A stretch of 24,964 nucleotides of DNA from an uncultured Faecalibacterium sp. (GTDB lineage Bacteria > Bacillota > Clostridia > Oscillospirales > Ruminococcaceae). The notes under the pieces are model-generated. The model saw nothing but the letters and a program-made list of their open reading frames with translations, was not told the DNA's origin and did not search any database. Below, piece after piece: positions 1 through 7,843 of the stretch; within the stretch, counting starts at the first letter, position 1; each line of letters opens with the position of its first letter. The DNA lies in assembly GCA_964370715.1 (NCBI GenBank), contig CAYJKJ010000027.1:1-24964 (forward strand), written 5' to 3'. A program made the position numbers and the translations under genes.

Positions 1-166
1 TACGCCCAACCACACTAACTTGTGTTTCCGAAACAGCAGGTTGTTCTGTAATGCCGGAGGCTTGCTCCTTTTCATCTTCGCCGATTTGGGAAGTTTCAGA
101 AAAACACCCAACCAAAAGCGAGAGGGTTAAAACTAAAACCACTAGAAATAAACTGCGTTTTTTCAT
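1..166 (-). CDS. Lipoprotein, N-terminal fragment (gene continues past the window start)
   Basis: Minus-strand ATG at 164-166 with a GGAGGA RBS at 171-178 (minus sense). Translation MKKRSLFLVVLVLTLSLLVGCFSETSQIGEDEKEQASGITEQPAVSETQVSVVG: signal peptide plus an LVGC lipobox. Frame stays open to position 1. Confidence 0.5.
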   Translation of the reverse strand, partial: MKKRSLFLVVLVLTLSLLVGCFSETSQIGEDEKEQASGITEQPAVSETQVSVVGR

Positions 167-206
167 TTTGCTGTCCTCCGTATTTTGTTTTTATTTTAAA
201 ATACTG

Positions 207-392
207 CTATATCAAATCCTCTATTAACCTGTAGTTTGGTATGCTGTTGTAATAGTCATCTTTGTCGATTAAAGCATAGGTTGGTCTATTATAGTGTATT
301 TGTATAAAAACTTTCGTTTGCCTCAAGCTTATATATTTCTTTTCGATTAGAAGCGTCCATATCCATTTTGTATATTCGACCCAACTCTTCAT
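207..392 (-). CDS. Small hypothetical protein (61 aa)
   Basis: ORF preceded by an in-frame TAA. GAGGT motif about 8 nt upstream of the ATG. No recognisable domain. It lies 40 nt upstream of the lipoprotein gene on the same strand. Confidence 0.3.
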   Translation of the reverse strand: MKSWVEYTKWIWTLLIEKKYISLRQTKVFIQIHYNRPTYALIDKDDYYNSIPNYRLIEDLI

Positions 393-1009
393 CGCTTTTT
401 ACCTCGTCAGCGTAAAAACCAAGCTCAACAACAAACAACGATGTTTCGTTTGAATTGGTAAATAGGTTTAACCCTGTTGGATATCTTAAATAACTTGTAC
501 ACCTTTCATAGTTTCAATATATTTGTAATAGTTGCACCTTTTTTTGTTTCAAGCAGACGTTTTAAAAAATCATGATAAATTGCAACCAATTTTGTTTGCA
601 ATCCGAAACCATGCAATCTGTCCTTCTTATATTTTAATTTATTTTGTTCCATTGTGCGAGCTTTGGGCGCAAACGATTGTATCATTGGCGTAAGCGATTA
701 AAGTTTCATTTATTTACTAAACATTAAGCCTTTATTGTTTATAAAAAAGATAAAACTAAAATTTATAAAATTATTTATTTTATTGAACAATTCTTCATCT
801 ATAAAACGATAAATCGAGTTTTCAAATTAATTAAAATTCTACAAAATCAACAATACAGCAAGTTCGATTATATTATTGCTATTATAGCAGTTAAATAAAA
901 TATTGCAACATATTATATGTAAATTCGTAAAACATCTATTTGCTGTTAAATGTACACCATTGTTTTTTATAAAATTATGAATAAAATTTAAACAATCGCC
1001 AAAACCCTA

Positions 1010-1038
1010 TTGACAATCACACGACCATGTAATACAAT
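1010..1038 (+). promoter_or_regulatory. Sigma-A type promoter for the DUF1836-nfeD-floT operon
   Basis: TTGACA at 1010-1015, 17-nt spacer, TACAAT at 1033-1038. AAAGGTGGTG RBS at 1049-1058, ATG at 1063. Confidence 0.55.
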
Positions 1039-1062
1039 CATATTATCAAAGGTGGTGACTGA

Positions 1063-1608
1063 ATGAAAAAACTACCGGGAACTATTATCGAATGTGGAAA
1101 CGGGGATCATAGAAAAATCTTAAACTCGATCTTCGCAACCGGAGGAATAACCCTTTCGCAGGTTTGCATTTTGTGTGAACTTGAACCACATACAGTTCAA
1201 AACTGGATTAAACGCAGATATGTTCCCTCTTCTGTCAATAAAAAATATAATATCGACAGCTTGTGTCGTATCGTTATGATAAACCTTTTAAAGGATGTTT
1301 TGCCAATTGATTGTGTTTGTCGAATAATCGACCACGCAAACAAACCGTTAAACAAAGACACCGATGAGTTTTTATCCGAAAGCGAATTGTATTTCTTTTT
1401 TGTGGAAACTCTAGAGCTAAATGCTAGCGGTAGCAGTGAAAACAATGATTTAACAAAAAACATCAAAAGCGTATTAAGAAATTATGTTGAGCCAATCAGC
1501 GGAACTAAAAAAAATATTTGTACTTCCCTTGAAATTATGGTAGCATCATATCTGTCGTTTGAATATAAAAGACAAGCTTTGATTTTATTTAAGTCGAATG
1601 AATTATAA
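1063..1608 (+). CDS. DUF1836 domain protein
   Basis: 181 aa. The segment ITLSQVCILCELEPHTVQNWIKRRYVPSSVNKKYNIDSLCRIVMINLLKDVL matches the DUF1836 signature from memory (TSSMINNYVK...KKY...L..L..I..LK). Good RBS. Confidence 0.65.
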   Translation: MKKLPGTIIECGNGDHRKILNSIFATGGITLSQVCILCELEPHTVQNWIKRRYVPSSVNKKYNIDSLCRIVMINLLKDVLPIDCVCRIIDHANKPLNKDTDEFLSESELYFFFVETLELNASGSSENNDLTKNIKSVLRNYVEPISGTKKNICTSLEIMVASYLSFEYKRQALILFKSNEL

Positions 1609-1613
1609 AAAAT

Positions 1614-1632
1614 CTCCGCCCGTTGGGCGGAG
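1614..1632 (+). other. GC-rich hairpin between the DUF1836 and nfeD genes; not a canonical terminator
   Basis: CTCCGCCC-GTT-GGGCGGAG, an 8-bp perfect stem. It is followed by CTATTGGAAAGGAAACG (the next RBS), not a U-tract. Confidence 0.4.
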
Positions 1633-1657
1633 CTATTGGAAAGGAAACGTTTAAATT

Positions 1658-2248
1658 ATGATGGATTGGTGGAATTCTCTAGGAGGTCTAGGGCAACTTC
1701 TCGCTTGTATTTCTATCCCCTCGACCATTGTTTTGATTGTTCAAACGGTTTTTGTTTTGTTAACCGGATTTGATGGCGACGGCGATATCGATGTTGTTTC
1801 CGGCGAAGATATCGATGACATAGCCGGATTCGAAGAATCGGGGCTACAGATATTTTCGATAAGAGGTTTTTTAACGTTTTTTGCGATATTCGGATGGTCC
1901 GGCATATGGCTTATCTCTATCGATTTAAACGTTGCATTGTCGTTGACAATTGCGTTTGTGTTGGGTAGCGCCGCAATGATTGGAACGGCTTATGCCATTA
2001 AATTTTTGCTTAAACTTCAAGCTGTTGGAAATCAGAACATTAAAGATGCCCTGGGCGTTAGCGGAACGGTTTATATAACTATACCTCCGGCAAGAAAGGG
2101 CAATGGAAAAGTTTCCGCTGTCGTTTCGGGAAGGCTTTCCGAGTTCGATGCTGTAACAGATGATTTATCTGAGATACCAACCGGAACCGCTGTAACGGTT
2201 GTTTCGGTAACAGATCCCAACATATTAGTTGTAACTAAAAAAGGGTAG
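1658..2248 (+). CDS. NfeD-like membrane protein (YuaF/YqiJ type), flotillin partner
   Basis: 196 aa. N-terminal TM helices, an acidic DGDGDIDVVSGEDIDD linker, and a C-terminal OB-fold-like beta domain (GTVYITIPPARKGNGKVSAVVSGRLSEFDAVTDD...VTVVSVTDPNILVV). It sits immediately upstream of a flotillin gene, as yuaF does before floT in B. subtilis. Confidence 0.8.
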   Translation: MMDWWNSLGGLGQLLACISIPSTIVLIVQTVFVLLTGFDGDGDIDVVSGEDIDDIAGFEESGLQIFSIRGFLTFFAIFGWSGIWLISIDLNVALSLTIAFVLGSAAMIGTAYAIKFLLKLQAVGNQNIKDALGVSGTVYITIPPARKGNGKVSAVVSGRLSEFDAVTDDLSEIPTGTAVTVVSVTDPNILVVTKKG

Positions 2249-2294
2249 ATTTTTAGTTTAAAGACAAAAAATTAAATATATATAAAAGGAGTAA

Positions 2295-3761
2295 ATGGTT
2301 ATGCAAAATGTCGAATTTCTTATTTTAGTCACATTGGTTGTATTCTTGTTGTTCTCGCTTGTAGTTGTTTTTCTAACAAGATACAAAAAATGCCCCTCCG
2401 ACAAAATTTTAGTTATCTATGGTAAGGTTGGGCAAAACAAAGACGGAACAGCAAGGAGCGCAAAATGTGTCCATGGTGGCGCTTCCTTTATCGTCCCCGT
2501 TGTTCAATCCTATGCATATCTCGACCTAACCCCGCTTTCAATTCAAGTTGATTTAACAAACGCTCTTTCAAGGCAAAACATCAGAATAGACGTTCCCTCA
2601 AGGTTCACGGTTGGTATTTCGACCGAAAACGGAATTATGCAAAACGCAGCGGAACGCCTTCTAGGTCTTAGATTAAACGAAATCCAAGAACTTGCAAAAG
2701 ACATAATCTTCGGACAACTAAGGCTTATTATCGCTACGATGGATATCGAAGAGATAAACACAGACAGAGACAAGTTTTTGGCCGCCGTTTCAAACAACGT
2801 TGAAACGGAACTAAAAAAGATCGGTCTTCGCCTTATCAACGTTAACGTTACCGATATAACGGATGAATCGGGATATATTTTGGCTCTTGGTAAAGAAGCC
2901 GCCGCAAAAGCTATAAACGATGCGAAAAAATCCGTTGCTGAAAAAGAACGTGACGGTGCAATCGGTCAGGCTCTCGCTGAAAAGGATCAACGTATTCAAG
3001 TTTCAGATGCAGAATCTCTTGCAATCAAGGGCGAAAACGATGCACAGGTTATTATTTCTTTAAGCCATGCGCAACGTCGAGAAAAAGAAGCGGAAGCTTT
3101 AAGAATCGCTACATCCGCCGAAAAAATCCAAGCTGCTAAAGCTTTGGAAGATGCATATTCCGCCGAAAAAGAAGCCGAGCTTGCTCGTTTCGCAAGAGAA
3201 AAAGCCACGCTTGAAGCCGACGTTATCGTTAAAGCCGAGATTGAAAAACGCAAACTTGAGCTTGATGCAGAAGCCGTTGCGGAACAAACTCGCCGACAAG
3301 CAAAAGGGGACGCCGACGCTATATTCCTAAAGATGGAAGCGGAAGCTCGAGGAATTGAAGAAATCTTGACAAAACAAGCTGCCGGTCTCACCGAGATCGT
3401 TAACGCAGCCGGCGGAGATGCAAACGATGCGTTGAAACTAATGTTGACCGACAAGATGGAAAATCTTCTTCGCATACAAGTTGATAGCATCAAAAACATC
3501 AAATTTGATAAAGTTACCGTTTGGGATGGCGGTTCTAGCCCCGATGGCAAATCTTCAACCGCAAACTTTTTGTCGGGTCTTATGAAGAGCATACCCCCAA
3601 TGAACGATATGTTCGATATGGCGGGGATGAAGTTGCCGGAATATCTTGGAGAATCAAACAAGATCCAACAACCCTCTTCAAAACCACAGCAACTAAAACC
3701 GGCAAAACCTATTAAACCAACTACCGAAAAAACCGAAGCACTAGAACCCGGAGTTAAATAA
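2295..3761 (+). CDS. floT: Flotillin (SPFH/band-7 family), FloT/YuaG-like
   Basis: 488 aa. N-terminal TM/hairpin, an SPFH domain, then a long Ala/Glu-rich coiled-coil (EA repeats) and a Pro/Lys-rich tail. Size and architecture match FloT. Confidence 0.85.
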   Translation: MVMQNVEFLILVTLVVFLLFSLVVVFLTRYKKCPSDKILVIYGKVGQNKDGTARSAKCVHGGASFIVPVVQSYAYLDLTPLSIQVDLTNALSRQNIRIDVPSRFTVGISTENGIMQNAAERLLGLRLNEIQELAKDIIFGQLRLIIATMDIEEINTDRDKFLAAVSNNVETELKKIGLRLINVNVTDITDESGYILALGKEAAAKAINDAKKSVAEKERDGAIGQALAEKDQRIQVSDAESLAIKGENDAQVIISLSHAQRREKEAEALRIATSAEKIQAAKALEDAYSAEKEAELARFAREKATLEADVIVKAEIEKRKLELDAEAVAEQTRRQAKGDADAIFLKMEAEARGIEEILTKQAAGLTEIVNAAGGDANDALKLMLTDKMENLLRIQVDSIKNIKFDKVTVWDGGSSPDGKSSTANFLSGLMKSIPPMNDMFDMAGMKLPEYLGESNKIQQPSSKPQQLKPAKPIKPTTEKTEALEPGVK

Positions 3762-3764
3762 ACC

Positions 3765-3808
3765 AAAGGCTATGGCGAAAAGTAAAAAATTCGCCATAGC
3801 CTTTTTAG
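3765..3808. terminator. Bidirectional rho-independent terminator between convergent floT and cobC-like genes
   Basis: 15-bp perfect stem AAAGGCTATGGCGAA / TTCGCCATAGCCTTT with loop AAGTAAAAAA. TTTTTAG follows on the plus strand and TTTGGTTT on the minus strand. Confidence 0.7.
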
Positions 3809-3855
3809 TTGTTAGCGTTATTTGCTTGAAAACACTTCAAAGAGTTCTGTTTAAT

Positions 3856-4416
3856 CTAGATCTCTTCAAACTCCATCTTTTCAAGATCGACAGAATATCC
3901 TCTGCCGTTGTTTGGAATAAGTTGTTCAAACGTTTTGCCGATATCTTCAAAAAGATACATCATCGTCATGGCTATAACCGCCCCATGTGTAACCAACACC
4001 ACTGAATCATCCTGCATTGCTCTTATCTTTTCAACCCCAGTTTTAATGCGCTCTAACACCTGTTTTCCGCTCTCACCGCCGGGGCATTGTTGATTAAACG
4101 TGTCTTTCGACCAATCGACAAACAGCGAATTTGTAGCAAGGCTTTTAAAAGTTTGGTTTTCAAAATCCCCAAAATTCATCTCTTTGAAGTCTTCGATAGC
4201 CTCATGTTGTTCAACTTGATACAACGTTTCAAGAGTTTGTTTTGTCCTTGTCATACCGCTCGTGAAATATCGGTCGGCTTTTGGATAGCTGATGGTTTTT
4301 TTAAGCTCTTCAAGCTCGGTAAATCCAACGTCACACACCACAGCATCGGTTGAACCACAAAACATCTCATCGATATTTTGTTTTGTTTTTCCATGTCTTA
4401 TTAAGTATAATTTCAT
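3856..4416 (-). CDS. cobC: Histidine phosphatase family protein (phosphoglycerate-mutase-like), probably alpha-ribazole phosphatase
   Basis: 186 aa. N-terminal LIRHGKT catalytic RHG motif; THGAVI histidine near the C-terminus. It is adjacent to cobO. Confidence 0.65.
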   Translation of the reverse strand: MKLYLIRHGKTKQNIDEMFCGSTDAVVCDVGFTELEELKKTISYPKADRYFTSGMTRTKQTLETLYQVEQHEAIEDFKEMNFGDFENQTFKSLATNSLFVDWSKDTFNQQCPGGESGKQVLERIKTGVEKIRAMQDDSVVLVTHGAVIAMTMMYLFEDIGKTFEQLIPNNGRGYSVDLEKMEFEEI

Positions 4417-4517
4417 TTTTTTAAAAATTGTTCCTTTCTCTCACAAACAGATATAAAACCAATCTAATCTTTATCTTACATAATTTTGTTTGTGGATTGC
4501 TTTTGTATTTCTAGCGT

Positions 4518-5033
4518 TTAAAATTCAATACCCTCTCTTGAATCAACACCGTCATTGTAGTAATGCTTAACCTCTTTTATCTCGCTTACAAGGTCGGCCA
4601 GTTTAATCGTTTGCTCTGTCGCTCCCCTACCGGTCAAAACAAGCTCGGTTTTCTCGTTTTTTTGTTCGATAAGCTGTTGTATCTGGCTTTGATCAACAAG
4701 CCCCAAACAAAGAGCAACGTTTATTTCATCCAAAACAACAACATCATATTCCCCGCCCTTTACCGCTAACAAAGCTTTGTTAAAGCCTTGTTGCGCTTCG
4801 GCTCTGTTGAGTTCAGTATTTGTTGAAAAAAGTTCAAAACTTTTTGAATAAAGTTCAACCGTTATATTATCAAATTTTTTCAAGGCTTTGTGTTCGCTTG
4901 TATCCTCTTGTTTTAAAAATTGGGCGAAATAAACCGCAAGCCCTGCACCCGCCGCTCTAACCGAAAGCCCGATAGCCGCCGTAGTCTTGCCTTTACCGTC
5001 GCCGGTGTAGACCTGTGTGAAGCCTTGTTTCAT
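4518..5033 (-). CDS. cobO: Cob(I)yrinic acid a,c-diamide / cob(I)alamin adenosyltransferase (CobA/CobO/BtuR type)
   Basis: VYTGDGKGKTTAAIGLSVRAAGAGL P-loop signature of the CobA family. I prefer the ATG at 5031-5033 (MKQGFTQVYTG...) because an AGAGGAG RBS sits 5 nt upstream. The ORF track's longer start at 5075 adds 14 aa with no RBS. Confidence 0.8.
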   Translation of the reverse strand: MKQGFTQVYTGDGKGKTTAAIGLSVRAAGAGLAVYFAQFLKQEDTSEHKALKKFDNITVELYSKSFELFSTNTELNRAEAQQGFNKALLAVKGGEYDVVVLDEINVALCLGLVDQSQIQQLIEQKNEKTELVLTGRGATEQTIKLADLVSEIKEVKHYYNDGVDSREGIEF

Positions 5034-5099
5034 CTCATCTCCTCTATTATCATCAAAATCCAAAATCATCTGCACCGTCTATGTATTTATCCATCATCA

Positions 5100-6161
5100 T
5101 TATTCAAAAATACTGTCATAATCATAGTTTAGATAAAAATCATAAACTTCGTCGAAATGTTCGACATAATTTTGTTTTGTTATCAAATGCTGTTCATTTT
5201 TCATGTATTCGAGAATATCATCATTTATTTCAGCAGAATAATGAGTTTTATCTTTATATAAATCTAAATTTGTTACAACATCATAAAGATCCATCATAGA
5301 AAAAAGCTTGATATTTTCTTGTTCAACTATAATGCTCGCTGCATATTCAATTGCTTCAAGTTGATATTCCAGTGTATTATTTTGGTTTAAGTTATCATAA
5401 TAAACCATACTGTATGGTGGTAAAAAATAATAAAATGTAATATTAGGGTTTTCATCAGCTAGTTGAACTATATTTTGTTGTATATTTTCATATATACGAG
5501 TTTTATCTTGTTCTAATATTTGCTTTATCTCAGAATTGGATTTTTCACTTCTGCTGTAACCAGACAATACCACTTCTTTAGAAAATGTATATTTTTCTTG
5601 CCATCGTCTGTAATCATCAAAATTGGTTATCGAAGCGCCTATTAGTGTATTTAAAATCGTTCTTCCCGACCCGTTTGCTAGGGTGTGTTTATTTAAAAGA
5701 TAGTTAATATCGTTAAGGTGATTTTCATCATATAAATAATCCGGATAGGTACTGTATCGCAAAGAATCTTTTTCAGCATTTATAGCTGATATATCTAATG
5801 AACGTACAATCATTGAAATGTCAGAATTGTAAAAAATCGCCCTACTTAAATGACTGTTTATCTCTTTATAACTCCCCCCAGCAAAACATGTCTTGATGCT
5901 TTTTACATCAAACAAATCATCCAACTGGCTCGCTTTAAAATTCTGGGCCATTGATGTGCCTGTTATTATTGCATCATATTCAAAATATCTTGCTATTCCA
6001 TTGTTTTGATACCGTTCCATATGCAACAAATACCCCAATTGATCAATTGGTGATCTATATAAAAAATATGGATCTATAATAAAATTTACCGTTATTATAA
6101 AAACCATTGCCAAATAAAACAGCAACACCACTAACACTACAAATTTTTTGCTAGTTACCAT
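5100..6161 (-). CDS. DltD-like / SGNH-like extracytoplasmic partner of the MBOAT acyltransferase
   Basis: Start MVTSKKFVVLVVLL (ATG 6159-6161) with a GAGAAAGG RBS. One N-terminal TM, then a ~320-aa extracytoplasmic domain with an AIITGTSMAQNF motif. It lies 17 nt downstream of the MBOAT stop, as dltB-dltD and algI-algJ pairs do. The ORF track's longer start at 6251 overlaps the MBOAT gene. Confidence 0.55.
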   Translation of the reverse strand: MVTSKKFVVLVVLLFYLAMVFIITVNFIIDPYFLYRSPIDQLGYLLHMERYQNNGIARYFEYDAIITGTSMAQNFKASQLDDLFDVKSIKTCFAGGSYKEINSHLSRAIFYNSDISMIVRSLDISAINAEKDSLRYSTYPDYLYDENHLNDINYLLNKHTLANGSGRTILNTLIGASITNFDDYRRWQEKYTFSKEVVLSGYSRSEKSNSEIKQILEQDKTRIYENIQQNIVQLADENPNITFYYFLPPYSMVYYDNLNQNNTLEYQLEAIEYAASIIVEQENIKLFSMMDLYDVVTNLDLYKDKTHYSAEINDDILEYMKNEQHLITKQNYVEHFDEVYDFYLNYDYDSIFE

Positions 6162-6178
6162 ATTAAAACCTTTCTCAA

Positions 6179-7684
6179 CTAAAAATTGAAATATATAAAT
6201 GTCGAAACCCCTGCAAAAGAAGATACCACCCAAGTTAAAATAAAAATACATTTAATAGCCTCAATATAAGTTGGCTTAAAATCTTGCAACTTTTCATTTG
6301 TATTTTTCATAGCTACTGTGCATAAAAGAGTTACAATAAATAATGTTATAAACAAAATCAATCCTGTAATAGGTATAGCTGTAACGTTTAAAATGGCATA
6401 TTCTGTAACACTTTCCGGTGCATTAATTAAGTCTTTATTTATCGACTCAAAGTTAAAAGAAAATATCTTTCTCAAAAACTCCCCTGCTGAAGTTAGCGAC
6501 TCAGCTCTAAACAACACCCACGTTAAGTTGACAAATAAAAATGTAATAACCCAATTTATAGCTTTCGGTATTTTGTTAACAACAGGGGATAATGTTCTTG
6601 TTAAAATGCTAAACAAACCATGTAAAATGCCCCATAAAATAAACGTCCAGTTTGCTCCATGCCAAATTCCGCTAACTAAAAATACTATAAAAATGTTTCG
6701 ATAAAGTTTAGCTTTCCCTACCCTATTTCCACCTAATGGTATGTAAATATATTTAGTAAAAAACCTTGTTAATGTTATATGCCATCTTTCCCAAAACTCT
6801 ATTATCGTAGTAGCTTTGTATGGTGAATTAAAATTCATCGGTAGTTTTATGTTAAACATATAACCTACACCGGTAGCTATATCACAATATCCGCTAAAAT
6901 CAAAGTATATTTGAATCGTATAAGCTAACATTACAAATATCGCATCGGTGCTACTCATTGCACTTATGTTGTCATGACCCCAGTTTGCAAACAAAGCAAA
7001 TGTATCGGCTATCAAAACTTTTTTTGCAAGACCTAAAGAAAACGCATATAATCCTTTGGAAAAATTTCCGTAATCAAACTGCTTTTTTTTGGTATCTGCA
7101 AATTGGGGAACAACTTCGCTATGTAAAACTATAGGTCCCGCTACTAATTGCGGAAAAAAAGTTACAAACAATGAATAATCAAGAAATTTGTATTTCGGAA
7201 CTGCTTTTTTATAACAGTCTATGACATATGACAGCTGCTGAAACGTAAAGAAACTGATACCTAGCGGCAACAATATTTTTTCCAAAAATATATCTGTTCC
7301 AAAAACCATGTTAATGTTATCAATGAAAAAGCTGAAATATTTAAAATAAAATAATAGCCCAATATTAAATAATAGCCCTAAACTTAAAAAAACTTTAGAA
7401 TAGTTTTTATTATCAGATTTCAGCATACTATTTCCCAAACAGTAGTTTACTAATATACTTGCCAGCATTAAAAAGATGTATGTAAAATTAAAATAGCCAT
7501 AAAACCAAAATGACATCGCAACTAAAAAGCTTTTAGACAGCTCATATTTTTTAAAATGGTTTAAAAGATAATATCCTGTCAATGTAGCGGGCAAAAATAA
7601 CAATACAAAAATATACGAATTAAATAACACTTTTCCACCACCTATAAAATCAAAAATGCCGTTCTCTATTATTATGTGTTTCAA
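6179..7684 (-). CDS. MBOAT family membrane-bound O-acyltransferase (AlgI/DltB-like)
   Basis: 501 aa, polytopic. Conserved FFPQLVAGPIV, WHITLTRFF...YIPLGGNR and SGIWHGANWTFILWG motifs, including the catalytic His region. The track's first codon is TTG (7682-7684) and no in-frame ATG lies upstream. Confidence 0.85.
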   Translation of the reverse strand: MKHIIIENGIFDFIGGGKVLFNSYIFVLLFLPATLTGYYLLNHFKKYELSKSFLVAMSFWFYGYFNFTYIFLMLASILVNYCLGNSMLKSDNKNYSKVFLSLGLLFNIGLLFYFKYFSFFIDNINMVFGTDIFLEKILLPLGISFFTFQQLSYVIDCYKKAVPKYKFLDYSLFVTFFPQLVAGPIVLHSEVVPQFADTKKKQFDYGNFSKGLYAFSLGLAKKVLIADTFALFANWGHDNISAMSSTDAIFVMLAYTIQIYFDFSGYCDIATGVGYMFNIKLPMNFNSPYKATTIIEFWERWHITLTRFFTKYIYIPLGGNRVGKAKLYRNIFIVFLVSGIWHGANWTFILWGILHGLFSILTRTLSPVVNKIPKAINWVITFLFVNLTWVLFRAESLTSAGEFLRKIFSFNFESINKDLINAPESVTEYAILNVTAIPITGLILFITLFIVTLLCTVAMKNTNEKLQDFKPTYIEAIKCIFILTWVVSSFAGVSTFIYFNF

Positions 7685-7705
7685 CCATTCTAAATCTCAG
7701 TTCAT

Positions 7706-7734
7706 AGTATACAGTTTTTAATGCTATCGGTCAA
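7706..7734 (-). promoter_or_regulatory. Putative promoter of the MBOAT operon
   Basis: Minus sense: TTGACC (plus 7729-7734), 17-nt spacer, TATACT (plus 7706-7711). Confidence 0.35.
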
Positions 7735-7752
7735 TACTACGAAACCTAAAAT

Positions 7753-7800
7753 AATAGTTCTTTCTTTAATCGAAAAATATCAGTTAAAGAAAGAACTATT
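7753..7800 (-). terminator. Rho-independent terminator of the lipoprotein gene
   Basis: 17-bp perfect inverted repeat AATAGTTCTTTCTTTAA (7753-7769) / TTAAAGAAAGAACTATT (7784-7800) with a 14-nt loop. ATTATTTTAGGTTT follows on the minus strand. Confidence 0.6.
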
Positions 7801-7843
7801 GCTAATCGCATAACAATCATTTTTTATTTTCTACGATATTAAC

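Noticed and set aside
505-650. 48-codon minus-strand ORF (MEQNKLKYKKDRLHGF...) in the long AT-rich gap
   Set aside because: No Shine-Dalgarno and no recognisable fold. Kept only as part of the intergenic-region finding.
2996-3766. 256-aa minus-strand ORF rich in Ser/Ala inside floT
   Set aside because: It is antisense to the Ala/Glu-rich coiled-coil of flotillin. Its low-complexity composition is a mirror artefact. It has no RBS and overlaps a confidently called gene.
3772-4005. 77-aa plus-strand ORF starting in the floT terminator
   Set aside because: It starts within the terminator stem and is antisense to the cobC-like gene.
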